Of a stretch of 64,000 nt of DNA, positions 39,601 to 48,587 are shown piece after piece. The position numbers and the translations under genes were made by a program. Position 1 is the first letter of the stretch; the number at the start of each line of letters is the position of its first letter. Location of the stretch: sequence record MW760841.1; one strand, 5' to 3'. Below the pieces are notes generated by a model. It was not told the DNA's origin. It made no database searches and was given only the letters and a program-made list of their open reading frames with translations.

Positions 39601-40806
39601 GGTGAGCTGCTGTCCTTTATTGACGGCCTGGCACCTGACACCCTGATGGACGATGCGAAGCGTCAAAACTTCGTTGGGATTCAAATGGGGTCAGCCACAA
39701 CGTGTATTGGAGCCGGTGTTGCTCCGTACCGTACCGAACAGGAGAAAGCGGTAGCGCACCGTACATCGGTGAAACACGCACGCGCCATTGATAAGCCGGG
39801 TAAAGTAACCCGCGTAACCGAAGATACCATCACCATCAAATACGACGACAAGACGGAAGAGACTTTCGAACTGGGTCGTTGGTTCGGTGCGCACGAAGGT
39901 ACCTTCTATCCTCACACCGTTGTGACCAAATGGAAGGCAGGTGACAAACTCCCCGCTGGGGCTATCATCACGTATAACGACCAGCACTTCGAACCCGACT
40001 TGCTCGATCCTTACCAGGTGAACTGGAAAGGTGTCATCATGGCCAACGTGGCGTTGATTGAATCTGAAGAGGTAATTGAAGACTCGAATGCTATTAGCGA
40101 GCGGTTCGCTGCGAACGCACAGTCTGACGTTACCAAAATCAAAGAAGTCACCGTTACGTCTACCCAGAATCTGATGGAGATTGTGAAGAACGGCGAGCAC
40201 GTCGACGTGGACACAATTCTATGCACCTTTAGCGACAACCTGAGCGAAGATATGAGCGGGTTCAGTAACGAAGCCGCTGCAACCCTGTACGAACTGAGTG
40301 CTTACTCTCCACAAGCCGGTGTACGCGGCCACATCGATAAAATCGAAGTGGTGTACCACGGTGACCCGGAAGACTTCACAGCCTCCGTACAGACCCTGAT
40401 TAACCAACACGACCGCCAACGTCGCAAAATGGCAAATGCCCTGGGCGACCACATTCCGAAGTCTGGGAGTGTGAACGGCGACTACCGTGTTGACGGTGTT
40501 CCGTTAGCCTACAACAGCATGGTGATTCGATTCTACATCACTCACCGTGTCGAAATGGCGGCAGCGGATAAGATGGTTATTGCTAACCAGCTGAAGACCA
40601 CCGTCCAGGAAGTTATGCGTGGTGTTAACCGGACAGAGAACGGCGAAGACATTGATATCATCTTTGGTCGTAACTCGGTTGATGCGCGTATCGTAGGTTC
40701 ATTGATGCGTATCGGTACCTCGAACGGTGCTGCTATGCAGGGCGGTATCATGATTGGGAAGATTTTGGATGGCGAGAGTGTTCCTGCTCTGCCTGCCAAG
40801 ATTTAA
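36631..40806 (+). CDS. Virion RNA polymerase beta subunit, N-terminal/large part
   Basis: 1391 aa; RpoB-like motifs DDAKRQNFVGIQMGSA, EDSNAISERF, ADKMVIANQLKTTV, DIIFGRNSV. Confidence 0.85.
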   Translation: MLLLKQFNQRFSVRKTDEFGKPRIIPLEKFQIPRGSVFHTVDLDQVVLAPPVNTPYFQELEKPAQVRHHFKLPEDGISGRPIPVPVQGQERQILAYHRANRRFRRLSQSDELVRTDPKVLLIENYTPMLPHYRYPDTMMSWYDRLRNVQVLMSNQLKYDSAEYLRQNYMIIEIGSTLPAYDKFKNTFNDRVKTKLERFQSFNLLWLLELFAWAIGQQESSLFAGMDMTQLSRTNFVFVHNSGFSVMNMGVVEKMRKSVGGRLNDEQMARAFYRTLIRVMTAKPDMVSELEVIDEETGEEKVIVQDVENDDIVDGADDLVGDEDIVNEVDVPEDDFDTKEDLVIDTPKEDVKPTTIVVEKAINHADVIKQEVEKLAEAGRVSAKQYKFLNDATERFEALPNPYNPKESYGEAMVVDAKRIEIKPVETLREPVVTTTDWTQSTVDAMDKRYNTEILPKDILAAVASSQRLGLAVHNHTVEKEVSVTGSIEHHTLRVQPIGGEPVTVRFQVPALTEDGTWVANGTEYTMRRQRVDIPIRKVDHETVALTTAYGKNFVRRSDKVVNDYGRWLTNAIIVRAVDPKDTTITDAKLANVFDPLATLPRQYTMVSRRISTFNAIGYQWNFDSKAMASFFGEDTVKAMTKKELIPVAKGRAGVLLGMDDHSQMYKVNGDKIEPLGTLADALGVDQTKTPREMTELSLMGKSLSLGFIFAFYLGLTGMMRYFGIRFEILPPGQRIDKSTYDSIFRLSDAKIVVMCDNDKQRMILNGLDKYVKHLTTYTESEVDREDIYLNLIRDADGLTPRYINELRLMRTAFVDDMHARILRKMGEPETFIGLLERSNELLQNDHTLPEINGDEMMFVGNQRIAYHIYTALVRAQRNYINAPGSNRKFELSQDMIWGAINSDPSVLLAPGANPIQFIKEKDVITMGGTGGRNRKTMVYHTREFQKSDLGIVSGNTVDNGDVGITAFLTNNPRFDSVDGTTKPLEGGGKPGELLSFIDGLAPDTLMDDAKRQNFVGIQMGSATTCIGAGVAPYRTEQEKAVAHRTSVKHARAIDKPGKVTRVTEDTITIKYDDKTEETFELGRWFGAHEGTFYPHTVVTKWKAGDKLPAGAIITYNDQHFEPDLLDPYQVNWKGVIMANVALIESEEVIEDSNAISERFAANAQSDVTKIKEVTVTSTQNLMEIVKNGEHVDVDTILCTFSDNLSEDMSGFSNEAAATLYELSAYSPQAGVRGHIDKIEVVYHGDPEDFTASVQTLINQHDRQRRKMANALGDHIPKSGSVNGDYRVDGVPLAYNSMVIRFYITHRVEMAAADKMVIANQLKTTVQEVMRGVNRTENGEDIDIIFGRNSVDARIVGSLMRIGTSNGAAMQGGIMIGKILDGESVPALPAKI

Positions 40807-40814
40807 CTCACACC

Positions 40815-40842
40815 CCAGACGGGTCGCTCCCGTCTGGTTTTC
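40815..40842 (+). terminator. Intrinsic terminator
   Basis: CCAGACGGG-TCGCT-CCCGTCTGG-TTTT. Confidence 0.7.
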
Positions 40843-40860
40843 TAACTCCCGGAGTTTACA

Positions 40861-41154
40861 ATGAGTATCTTAGATGACATCCGCGCACGTCACAACATTC
40901 CGAAGCGTGGGAATACCCAGGCTCAGGAAACTGACAGCTTCTCACCCCAACAGCGCATGAATGCGATTACCCTGGGTAACGTAGTTGAGCTGACCACCGA
41001 AGTGGTGTATGACCTGATGAAAGGCAGCAATGGCCTGAGCAGCCAGGTCGGTGAACAGCGTCTGCTGAAACGCGACATTGCCGATATGGTCGGTAACCGT
41101 CTGGCAGCACGTATCCAGGAAGTAGCAAGCTCTGAGAAAGGGGGTCAAGCGTGA
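40861..41154 (+). CDS. Small putative head protein
   Basis: GGAG RBS; contains AQE, a candidate prohead-protease site. Confidence 0.6.
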   Translation: MSILDDIRARHNIPKRGNTQAQETDSFSPQQRMNAITLGNVVELTTEVVYDLMKGSNGLSSQVGEQRLLKRDIADMVGNRLAARIQEVASSEKGGQA

Positions 41155-42608
41155 TTCGTTTATATTCCTTGAATGCCTGCACCAATGCACTGCGCATTCT
41201 GAAACAAAGTGGCCTTCGCCTGAGCGCCGATGCCGACTCCCCGGTTGCGGTACTGAACCGTGCAACCACCCAACAGTCTGTGCTGGACAGTTCCATCACT
41301 GACGAGCAGTTCTTCCAGGAACTGCCAAACATCACCGCACTGGCCCAACCGGCCCAGGGGACGGGTGATGCTGCCGTGATTGCTGACGGTGCCGCTGGCG
41401 TGAACGTGTTGAACGTGGAAGACCACGAACCAACACTGTTCGAGCTGAAGAAAATGGCCGTGGGCCGTTGTGCTGGTCTGCTCGACTTCTCCCGTAACGT
41501 GGTACAACCGTTTATTCAGAACGTGATTCAGAATAACGACTCGTCTCCGGTGGAAGAAGTGAAAGAAGACTGGGCACTGGTTCCGGTTGATTCTGACCCG
41601 GCGATTAACGAACCGATCGTGCAAGCCCTGATTAACCGTCTGGACAACCCAGCGGGTGCAGGCTTTACTCACGAGCGTATCGATGCGCGTGTGCCGGATG
41701 TGCTGGAAGTTCCAGAAACCGGTAAGGCATCCTTCGACCGTCTGGTAGGTCGTCTGCTGGAAGAACTGGGTCTGTCTGTCTCCGACGCGACGAAGCTGCT
41801 GGTTGAGCCACTGGTGATTGTCCCGAACTCTGACCAGGCTCCGAAAGAAGTTAAAAAGAACGTGCTGTTCCTGCTGCTGTCTGCCTACTGGCTGGACAAC
41901 CCGTGGGCGAACTCTGATCTGAATTCCGACAAATGGAAAACTCAGTTCCAGCGTGCGCATTACTCCCTGTGTGGTTGGTTGTACCTGTACGCCGAAGCCA
42001 TCGTGACACGCGTCAAGCTGGGGAATATCGTGTTCTCCTTCGATAGCCAGGAAAAGCAAGTCTTCATCTGTCAGGAAGCATTTGACGATTACGCCTCTGC
42101 GGGTGGTACCGTTGAAGCGCTGCTGGGTGCAGTCTATGCGCTGGATGACGGGGAAGATGCTGCCACCACCAAAACTGCGCTGCTGGATAACGCCGCTGCC
42201 TTTACTCAGGCATGGTCACGTCGTAGTTCTGTGCGTCGCATGAATGCCGACACTGACTGGCTGCACCGTAACCGTGAATCGCTGAAAGTGGCCTTTGCCA
42301 CGGCTATCGATACACTGGACCCAGGCTACCTGAATGCCGGTGACGAAGCGCAGCGTACTCCGGCCGAAGTGAAGAAAGGTGTTAACAGCGCCATCGATCA
42401 CCTGTTCGGTAAATCCACTACCGATGTCACTGAATTCATTATCCAGGTTTCTTCTGGTGAAGTCTTCGGTGAGTATGACGCTGCCAACCTGTTGACCGCT
42501 ATCCACCACGGAATGATTAAAGGCGTTAAGCCAGAAGTCACGGCCAGTGATTGGATTGTCAACTACGCCATGGACTGGATGCTGGCTGGCGTTCTTATCG
42601 AAGCTTAA
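41151..42608 (+). CDS. Putative internal head/ejection protein
   Basis: 485-aa ORF with strong codon bias, between the vRNAP beta and protease genes (SPN3US gp243/phiKZ gp177 position; inference). Confidence 0.55.
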   Translation: MIRLYSLNACTNALRILKQSGLRLSADADSPVAVLNRATTQQSVLDSSITDEQFFQELPNITALAQPAQGTGDAAVIADGAAGVNVLNVEDHEPTLFELKKMAVGRCAGLLDFSRNVVQPFIQNVIQNNDSSPVEEVKEDWALVPVDSDPAINEPIVQALINRLDNPAGAGFTHERIDARVPDVLEVPETGKASFDRLVGRLLEELGLSVSDATKLLVEPLVIVPNSDQAPKEVKKNVLFLLLSAYWLDNPWANSDLNSDKWKTQFQRAHYSLCGWLYLYAEAIVTRVKLGNIVFSFDSQEKQVFICQEAFDDYASAGGTVEALLGAVYALDDGEDAATTKTALLDNAAAFTQAWSRRSSVRRMNADTDWLHRNRESLKVAFATAIDTLDPGYLNAGDEAQRTPAEVKKGVNSAIDHLFGKSTTDVTEFIIQVSSGEVFGEYDAANLLTAIHHGMIKGVKPEVTASDWIVNYAMDWMLAGVLIEA

Positions 42609-42624
42609 TTAACAGGAGGCGGAA

Positions 42625-43347
42625 GTGAGTGCTATTGAAACCGCACGTCGCGACCCGAAAAAGGTTCACGCCGATTTAGTTGATACCGGGGCCGCCACCA
42701 TCACCAAAGGGGGATGTTACTTATACATCCCCGTTGGCTTTACCTCGAAAGAACTGGCCTTTATTTCTTCGACTGTCGAAATCGTTGGCTTGTTTGCCAT
42801 CTCGACAGACCGGAAAACTTACGGGGTGTCGAACGTAACCACGTTCATTGAAATTACCCCGTCATCGTTTGAAGAAGTGGATGTCAACGGCGAGCCTTAC
42901 TACGAGTTCCGCTTTGATCCGGGGACGGTAGTCTTCCCGAACCGGATGTTACAGGTGGTTTCCAACCCGGTGTACAACATTGCATCTTACATCTACGACT
43001 TCGGTAACCGACCTTTCTGGTTCACCGTGGTCGAGGATGCTGAGCTGCTGTCCGATGCACCGCTCTGGAACGGTTTCCAGGTCTTTGCTGACCAGATTAC
43101 CGCAGACTGTTACGCGGCACACACCCAACGCAAATGGGGTGACCCACGTACATTCTTCCGTGCTTCGCTGAAGAAAGACAGCGACATCTTTGGCGCTTGT
43201 CAGTTTATCCCTCTCCGTGACGGATCTCTTAACAAAACTTCCCGTTTGGCGAAGCTCGCTGATGTTGAACTGAAACGCGGTATCCGCTCTGCGTTGTCGG
43301 TTGACCCAGTTCGTGCTGAGCCACTCGAGGATCTCTTCATGCGATAA
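42625..43347 (+). CDS. Putative fifth virion RNAP subunit
   Basis: 240-aa ORF immediately upstream of the prohead protease, the position of phiKZ gp176/SPN3US gp244 (synteny from memory). Confidence 0.5.
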   Translation: MSAIETARRDPKKVHADLVDTGAATITKGGCYLYIPVGFTSKELAFISSTVEIVGLFAISTDRKTYGVSNVTTFIEITPSSFEEVDVNGEPYYEFRFDPGTVVFPNRMLQVVSNPVYNIASYIYDFGNRPFWFTVVEDAELLSDAPLWNGFQVFADQITADCYAAHTQRKWGDPRTFFRASLKKDSDIFGACQFIPLRDGSLNKTSRLAKLADVELKRGIRSALSVDPVRAEPLEDLFMR

Positions 43348-43355
43348 GGTGCATT

Positions 43356-44159
43356 ATGGAAAACTTAACGATGCGCTACAACTGCGTAGCGTTGGCCGGG
43401 GTAAACAAAGGGGCAACCCTGAAGAAAGACGCGGACGGTTACTACTACGTCCTGCTGGGGGCGTTGAACATCTTCAACTCCGAAGGTATCTTCTATGCCT
43501 TCAATGAGTCGAAGCATGTGTTCGACCGTTCAAGCGTCTTCATGCGTAAGATTCAGGCAGGGAACCTGTTTGGTGAAGAAGACCATCCTCCGTACGAGCA
43601 GGGGATGTCTGATGCGCAATGGATTGAGCGTAACGAATGGATTGAAACCAAGAACGTGGCCATGCACATCCGTGAAATCGAGCTGAAGCCGACTGACCAG
43701 ATGTGTAACAACTTGCCAGTGGTGGAAATCTGGGGATGGATTAAGCCGAACCGCGATCGCGGTCCGCTGTTGGCGGAAGCGTTAGAGAACCAGCACCAAA
43801 ACGTGTGCTTCTCTCTGCGTGCGATTGTGCGTGAAGGGTTTGTTGGTGGGGTGCGTACCCGTCGTATTGACCGTATGGTTACTTTCGACTGGGTTATCGA
43901 AGACGGTCTGCAAATCTGTAACAAATACTCCGCTATGCAGCGTGGTAGTCAGGTTGCGCAAGAATCGACCCGCACATACGTTGACCGCCCTATCTCTCGC
44001 CAGGCGCTGGAAGATATCATCTTCAAGCCAGAGGCCGCACAGACGGTAGCGACGGAATCCCGTCGTGGTAATCTGCGAGAAATCGCTCGTGAGTACCTGA
44101 CCATTGACAGCCAACAGTCCAATGTGAAGGTCATGGGGTTAGGCGCGGGGAAATGGTAA
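43356..44159 (+). CDS. Prohead (maturation) serine protease
   Basis: GEEDHPP (His), CFSLRA (Ser, FSxR motif), TFDWV (Asp); phiKZ gp175/SPN3US gp245-like size and position. Confidence 0.8.
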   Translation: MENLTMRYNCVALAGVNKGATLKKDADGYYYVLLGALNIFNSEGIFYAFNESKHVFDRSSVFMRKIQAGNLFGEEDHPPYEQGMSDAQWIERNEWIETKNVAMHIREIELKPTDQMCNNLPVVEIWGWIKPNRDRGPLLAEALENQHQNVCFSLRAIVREGFVGGVRTRRIDRMVTFDWVIEDGLQICNKYSAMQRGSQVAQESTRTYVDRPISRQALEDIIFKPEAAQTVATESRRGNLREIAREYLTIDSQQSNVKVMGLGAGKW

Positions 44160-44780
44160 ATGGCTGACTACGACGTTTCGTTAGTGAAGTGGTTCGAGAA
44201 TCAAATGCCGAAGGTGGCCAAGAAATTGGCCCTGAAAGGTGTCGACTCTCCACCACTGCATATCGGGGGTAAGGTGCGGATGTTCTCGCCCCGTATCCCG
44301 TATTCACCGGCTGACGGTGAAGATTTAACTATCCCGCGTATTTGTTGTTCGCTGGCGTTGAAGAATTGTATCATCGGTGCCCGTCACAACTTTCGCTCGC
44401 TGGATATTCAACAGCGTATTTATCTGTACGCTTTTGACGAACGCAGTGTAGTCCAGCCATCTGTTGACGTTACCAAAGAACCTAACCGGGCTGGCGAAGT
44501 GTGGATTGTTCCACACCGGATGGCCAATTGGGAAATCAAACCCAGGGTTATAGGGGAGATGCGCCTCGTCATGCTCAGTCACGATAGTTCTGAGTTTATG
44601 TACGCGGTGCAGGTGGGCGAGACGATTGCATTCGATTCCGGTACGAAACTGGAAGCGGGGCAAACGTATCTGGTTCGCATCACTATTAAAATGGGTGAAG
44701 TGGCTAACGTTGCCGATCCTGAACCTACGTCCGTGGATCATTTCCACGGTGCGTTAAACGCTTACACTGTCGCCTCCTGA
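44160..44780 (+). CDS. Hypothetical protein, possible ADP-ribosyltransferase-like fold
   Basis: PLHIG...FSPRIP...EDLTIPRICCS...GEVWIV pattern; TAAATG coupling to the protease gene. Confidence 0.45.
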   Translation: MADYDVSLVKWFENQMPKVAKKLALKGVDSPPLHIGGKVRMFSPRIPYSPADGEDLTIPRICCSLALKNCIIGARHNFRSLDIQQRIYLYAFDERSVVQPSVDVTKEPNRAGEVWIVPHRMANWEIKPRVIGEMRLVMLSHDSSEFMYAVQVGETIAFDSGTKLEAGQTYLVRITIKMGEVANVADPEPTSVDHFHGALNAYTVAS

Positions 44781-44826
44781 TGTCAGTTCGTGGTCTGCAA
44801 ATCACTACTAGCACTGGAGGCATTGG

Positions 44827-45123
44827 ATGAAAGCTGTGAACATTGTCATACCTCCGACCCTTACAATCCTGGCCCCCGATGAGATTAAGGCGATTGCCTT
44901 TAATGCGATTCAGGGACGGGTTGGTAAAGACGTACTGGCAGTTGTGCTGTCGAGTCGTCTGGATACCAAACGCAAAATCAATAATGCGATTGCGGGTTTG
45001 TCTACTCATGACTTGACGGAGTTTTACCTGGCACTACAACAAGCCGGTGTAGAGATTGACTACACCCGCACCTACTTCCTCTTGACTGAATCGTATCGGA
45101 GCATTCTGACTGTCAAGCAGTAA
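44827..45123 (+). CDS. Hypothetical protein
   Basis: 98-aa ORF, GGAGG RBS. Confidence 0.6.
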   Translation: MKAVNIVIPPTLTILAPDEIKAIAFNAIQGRVGKDVLAVVLSSRLDTKRKINNAIAGLSTHDLTEFYLALQQAGVEIDYTRTYFLLTESYRSILTVKQ

Positions 45124-45147
45124 TTTTTTACGCTGGGCGTTCTTAAT

Positions 45148-45729
45148 GTGAACGTGAGAATACGAAGGATAAAAAGGATGGTCAATTTAGATAGCGACGG
45201 AGTGTTTGCGGTATGGAGTGGGTACGTCGTACCTAAATACTTCCCTACCATGACGCTCAAGGAATTCAATGCGATTCCTGAAATCAAACGGCGAGCATTG
45301 GTGCGCGACATTTACCAAAAAGAACCGAACCTGTTCTACAACCTTCCGGCATTAAAGGAAATGGCAGTAGTGTTGGACGCGTTAGAGAAATCCGGTGCAC
45401 CGTGGTGTATCCTGACTTCTGGCGCAGAAGACCACTTCGACCACGAGTTAGTGGTGGAGTGTAAGCAGCGTTGGTTTGATAAACATTTTGGTGTGCCTGC
45501 GGATCGAATCATTGTCACGGAAACTTCCGGACAGAAAAAGGACTACGCTGGACGAGGGTTGTTACTTGTTGATGACTTTGGTCGAAACTGTCGCGAATGG
45601 GCACTCGCCGGTGGAACGGCTTTCTGGGTTCGTACCGAGAAACCGAACACCCGTGACCTCATCCGACACATTGGTCACTTTGTGGAAATGCCGCATGACA
45701 GCGCTGGCTCCATTCTGCAAATCCAATAA
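45148..45729 (+). CDS. HAD-family 5'(3')-deoxyribonucleotidase-like protein
   Basis: Motif I NLDSDGVF, motif II ILTS, motif III K, motif IV LVDDF...W..AGG; start may be 45178. Confidence 0.75.
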   Translation: MNVRIRRIKRMVNLDSDGVFAVWSGYVVPKYFPTMTLKEFNAIPEIKRRALVRDIYQKEPNLFYNLPALKEMAVVLDALEKSGAPWCILTSGAEDHFDHELVVECKQRWFDKHFGVPADRIIVTETSGQKKDYAGRGLLLVDDFGRNCREWALAGGTAFWVRTEKPNTRDLIRHIGHFVEMPHDSAGSILQIQ

Positions 45730-45737
45730 TCACTCAT

Positions 45738-45777
45738 GGTGACCACGTTCCTCTTTGGAATGGGTCACCCTCTTTCT
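45738..45777 (+). terminator. Hairpin/terminator
   Basis: GGTGACC-ACGTTCC-tcttt-GGAATG-GGTCACC then CTCTTTCT. Confidence 0.55.
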
Positions 45778-45788
45778 AATATTTTTTG

Positions 45789-45808
45789 GATATATATTAC
45801 CTAGGTGA
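45789..45808 (+). promoter_or_regulatory. Putative early promoter
   Basis: GATATATATTACCT containing an exact TATATTAC (45793-45800). Confidence 0.7.
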
Positions 45809-45852
45809 ACTTGCATCAGTAAGTTTTTAAATCGACTATCAAGGAGTACCTT

Positions 45853-46524
45853 ATGAACCCGAACGAAGTACGTAAACTGCATGACCGTCTTATCAAACAC
45901 TTCTACGATTTCTATCGTTACACCGATAGCGCGCATCGTATTGACCATATCCGCAGTGTGATGTCGAATGTGATTCGCATCTGTTACATGCAGGGTTGGC
46001 AGGAACATTTGAAGTTGGCATTGATTGCTGCGGCAGCACATGACATCTTCTCCACCAAAGAACATCGGACTGACCACCACATCAAAGCCTTCACCTGGAT
46101 TATGGATAATAAGCCAGTGATGATGCGCAAGTATAAGTTGAACTACGAAGAGTGTTACACCGTGGCTTACGCTGCGATGGAGCATCGTGGTTCATTCAAA
46201 GGGAATTACAACAGCATCGTTTCTGAGATAGTGGCTGCCGCTGACCGTGGTATCCCATCGAAAGAAGACGTGGTGTCGTATCTGTCACGCAGTTATCTGT
46301 ATGCGCGTGACAGTCAATGCAAGAGCATTACCGACGCGAAGTTCCATGCGGTGAACCACATCCAGGATAAGTTCGGTCGTAATGCATACGCCAAAGTGCC
46401 AGATTGGTACGGTGAGATATTCGCTGCACAGTTGGCTGAACGTCTCGAAATCATCGAACATCTCGATATCGACTTCTTCACCGCTGAAATGGTTGAAGAG
46501 TTGGAACAACGTCTTAAACACTAA
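45853..46524 (+). CDS. HD-domain phosphohydrolase
   Basis: AHRIDH, AAAAHDI, MEHRGS, VAAADR motifs. Confidence 0.8.
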   Translation: MNPNEVRKLHDRLIKHFYDFYRYTDSAHRIDHIRSVMSNVIRICYMQGWQEHLKLALIAAAAHDIFSTKEHRTDHHIKAFTWIMDNKPVMMRKYKLNYEECYTVAYAAMEHRGSFKGNYNSIVSEIVAAADRGIPSKEDVVSYLSRSYLYARDSQCKSITDAKFHAVNHIQDKFGRNAYAKVPDWYGEIFAAQLAERLEIIEHLDIDFFTAEMVEELEQRLKH

Positions 46525-46543
46525 ACCCATGTAAGGATAAATA

Positions 46544-47056
46544 ATGACTACCAAAATTCACTCAGTAAAAGACCTGATTGCCGCTATCAACAACGATGCA
46601 AAAGCACCGGTCGAGCTGGACGCGGAACACGCGTATAGCGCAGACACTGAAAACAAACTGTTGGCTGACTTCTCCGCCAACATGCCGACCATCAAAGTCG
46701 AGCCTAACGACAAAGGTGAGCATCAGCTGACCATTGAAAACATGGACTCGCTGGATAAGTATCGTGCCAACTTCCACGAAGCGCTGGGTACCGTAACCGC
46801 GCCACTGATTGCAGAGAAGGCGAAAGCTGACCCAGAAATCGGTGCGATGGAAGTGAAACTGAAAGTGGGTGAAACCACCTTCTCCACTGCCTTCGCTCGC
46901 CCGACCGGCGATGCGCCAACGCAGAAAGAACTGGCCGCTTCCATCGGCTTCGGTTACAGCACCATCAAGAACAAAGGGCTTGAAGGTAAAGTGCGTAAAG
47001 ACTTCGCCAAGCTGTGGCTGGAAACGGAAGAAGAAGACGAAGGCGATGACGAGTAA
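46544..47056 (+). CDS. Highly expressed hypothetical protein with acidic C-terminal tail
   Basis: AAGGA RBS, strong codon bias, ends ETEEEDEGDDE. Confidence 0.75.
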   Translation: MTTKIHSVKDLIAAINNDAKAPVELDAEHAYSADTENKLLADFSANMPTIKVEPNDKGEHQLTIENMDSLDKYRANFHEALGTVTAPLIAEKAKADPEIGAMEVKLKVGETTFSTAFARPTGDAPTQKELAASIGFGYSTIKNKGLEGKVRKDFAKLWLETEEEDEGDDE

Positions 47057-47079
47057 TCGTCAAATCGCTTAACGTATTG

Positions 47080-47110
47080 GGGTGGTCTTATGACCACCCT
47101 CTTTTTTTTT
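47080..47110 (+). terminator. Intrinsic terminator
   Basis: GGGTGGTC-TTAT-GACCACCC then a T-run. Confidence 0.85.
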
Positions 47111-47127
47111 GATCTCAGGAGTAAGTT

Positions 47128-47661
47128 ATGCACCCCGATTTCCAGAACGAGCCCCGTGGTAGTAAACCACTGGACTGCATCCTCAACCGTCAAGAGATTA
47201 TCACCCGTATCGGTATCCTGGCAGAAACCCATCTGATGGCACTGCGCAATACCGTGGATGAAGAAATCTTCAATTCCCTGGCTGATTTCCCAGTTGAACT
47301 CATCAACAACTCCGTGAACGGTTACCAACGCTTCCTGTCAGACATTTCCGATACTGGCAACAACGCGGGTGCGATTGTAGCGGGTATGGCACTGCGTTTC
47401 AAAACGGCACTGGCGTACGAGTTCGGTCCTAAAGTGTTGAACGATTTGAAAGATGAAATCTTCAACAACATGACGGATACCCAATACACCGACGCCTTCG
47501 GGAAAGATGGGGACTTCACGCTCTGGGGTGTCGCGAACCCGACGCTGGAAAAGACCCCGGTGAGAAAGGAGTTCGATATCGTCAGTGTGTGGTTGTTCAT
47601 CAACCATGCCAAGTGGTTAATCGTGCGTGTCGGTGCTGCGCTCGAACCAGAGAAAAAATAA
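47128..47661 (+). CDS. Hypothetical protein
   Basis: 177-aa ORF, AGGAG RBS. Confidence 0.7.
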   Translation: MHPDFQNEPRGSKPLDCILNRQEIITRIGILAETHLMALRNTVDEEIFNSLADFPVELINNSVNGYQRFLSDISDTGNNAGAIVAGMALRFKTALAYEFGPKVLNDLKDEIFNNMTDTQYTDAFGKDGDFTLWGVANPTLEKTPVRKEFDIVSVWLFINHAKWLIVRVGAALEPEKK

Positions 47662-47667
47662 AAGACA

Positions 47668-47706
47668 ACCCACTCCCGAAGGAGTGGGTACATCTTATTT
47701 TTTTTT
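47668..47706. terminator. Bidirectional terminator
   Basis: ACCCACTCC-CGAA-GGAGTGGGT (TTCG loop on minus), A-run left and T-run right, between convergent genes. Confidence 0.8.
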
Positions 47707-47708
47707 GC

Positions 47709-48584
47709 TTAACGCATCTGGTTAGCCATGAACTCATCAGACACAGTGTTGAAGCCACCGGAGGTAGCGTTAACATCTGGGTTGATGCCGTCATTCTGCT
47801 GAGACGGAGTCAGCCACAGTTTACGTTCCATAGGACGCAGACCGTACAGCTTCATACGTTCCAGTTCAGACTGAGCAGCCTGCATCGGGCCCCAACCTGT
47901 CCATTGCTGGGAGGTGAAGCTGATAGACAGTTCGTTCGTCTGTGGACCGGCGTTCGGATCACGTTCGCCGATATCCTGGCCAGCAGTTTCCGGAATCATG
48001 TTGGTCAACCACCAGGCGTTCTGCGCTTTACGCTGATACGCGTCCGGTTCGATATACAGCACAGTTAGGCTGTACATGTCCGGCAGGTGGTCTGGCACGT
48101 TCGGGTTGATTGCCGCAATCCCTGGGTGACCAGTTTGCGGGTCACAGAGACCGTAGATGAGCCATGCAGCCAGCATGTTCTGGAACACCTTACCATACTT
48201 ATCCGGCGTGGTGTGGGTTACAGAAGACAGAGCTTCCGTTACCAGACCTGCTTCGTACTGAACACGGTTGTTACGACCCTGTTGGGTCTGTACCGCTTCG
48301 TGGCTCAGGGTCTTATCCAGACCAGTGATGGTGGTGTGCACCTCGATGAAGGACTTGATTGCCTGACGCCAGATCGACGGGTTCGGCATGTAGTCCACCC
48401 AACGTGGGAATTCCATTACGCGCGCAATTACGTTACGGCGCAGACGGTGGGCGTTCGTTACAAACTTGCCAACCTGGCCAACGGGACCGTTCTGGCCGGA
48501 GCCGAACGCGTTGACCATGTCGTACTTACCACCGTCGAGATGGAAGCCCTGGTTAGGCTGAATCAAACGTTCTTTAATCGCCAT
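47709..48584 (-). CDS. Tail tube protein
   Basis: 291-aa ORF directly downstream of the sheath gene; beta-rich tube-like C-terminal half (ELSISFT). Confidence 0.7.
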   Translation of the reverse strand: MAIKERLIQPNQGFHLDGGKYDMVNAFGSGQNGPVGQVGKFVTNAHRLRRNVIARVMEFPRWVDYMPNPSIWRQAIKSFIEVHTTITGLDKTLSHEAVQTQQGRNNRVQYEAGLVTEALSSVTHTTPDKYGKVFQNMLAAWLIYGLCDPQTGHPGIAAINPNVPDHLPDMYSLTVLYIEPDAYQRKAQNAWWLTNMIPETAGQDIGERDPNAGPQTNELSISFTSQQWTGWGPMQAAQSELERMKLYGLRPMERKLWLTPSQQNDGINPDVNATSGGFNTVSDEFMANQMR

Positions 48585-48587
48585 TTA

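Noticed and set aside
41160-42059. 299-aa minus-strand ORF
   Set aside because: Antisense to a highly biased plus-strand gene; composition typical of shadow frames.
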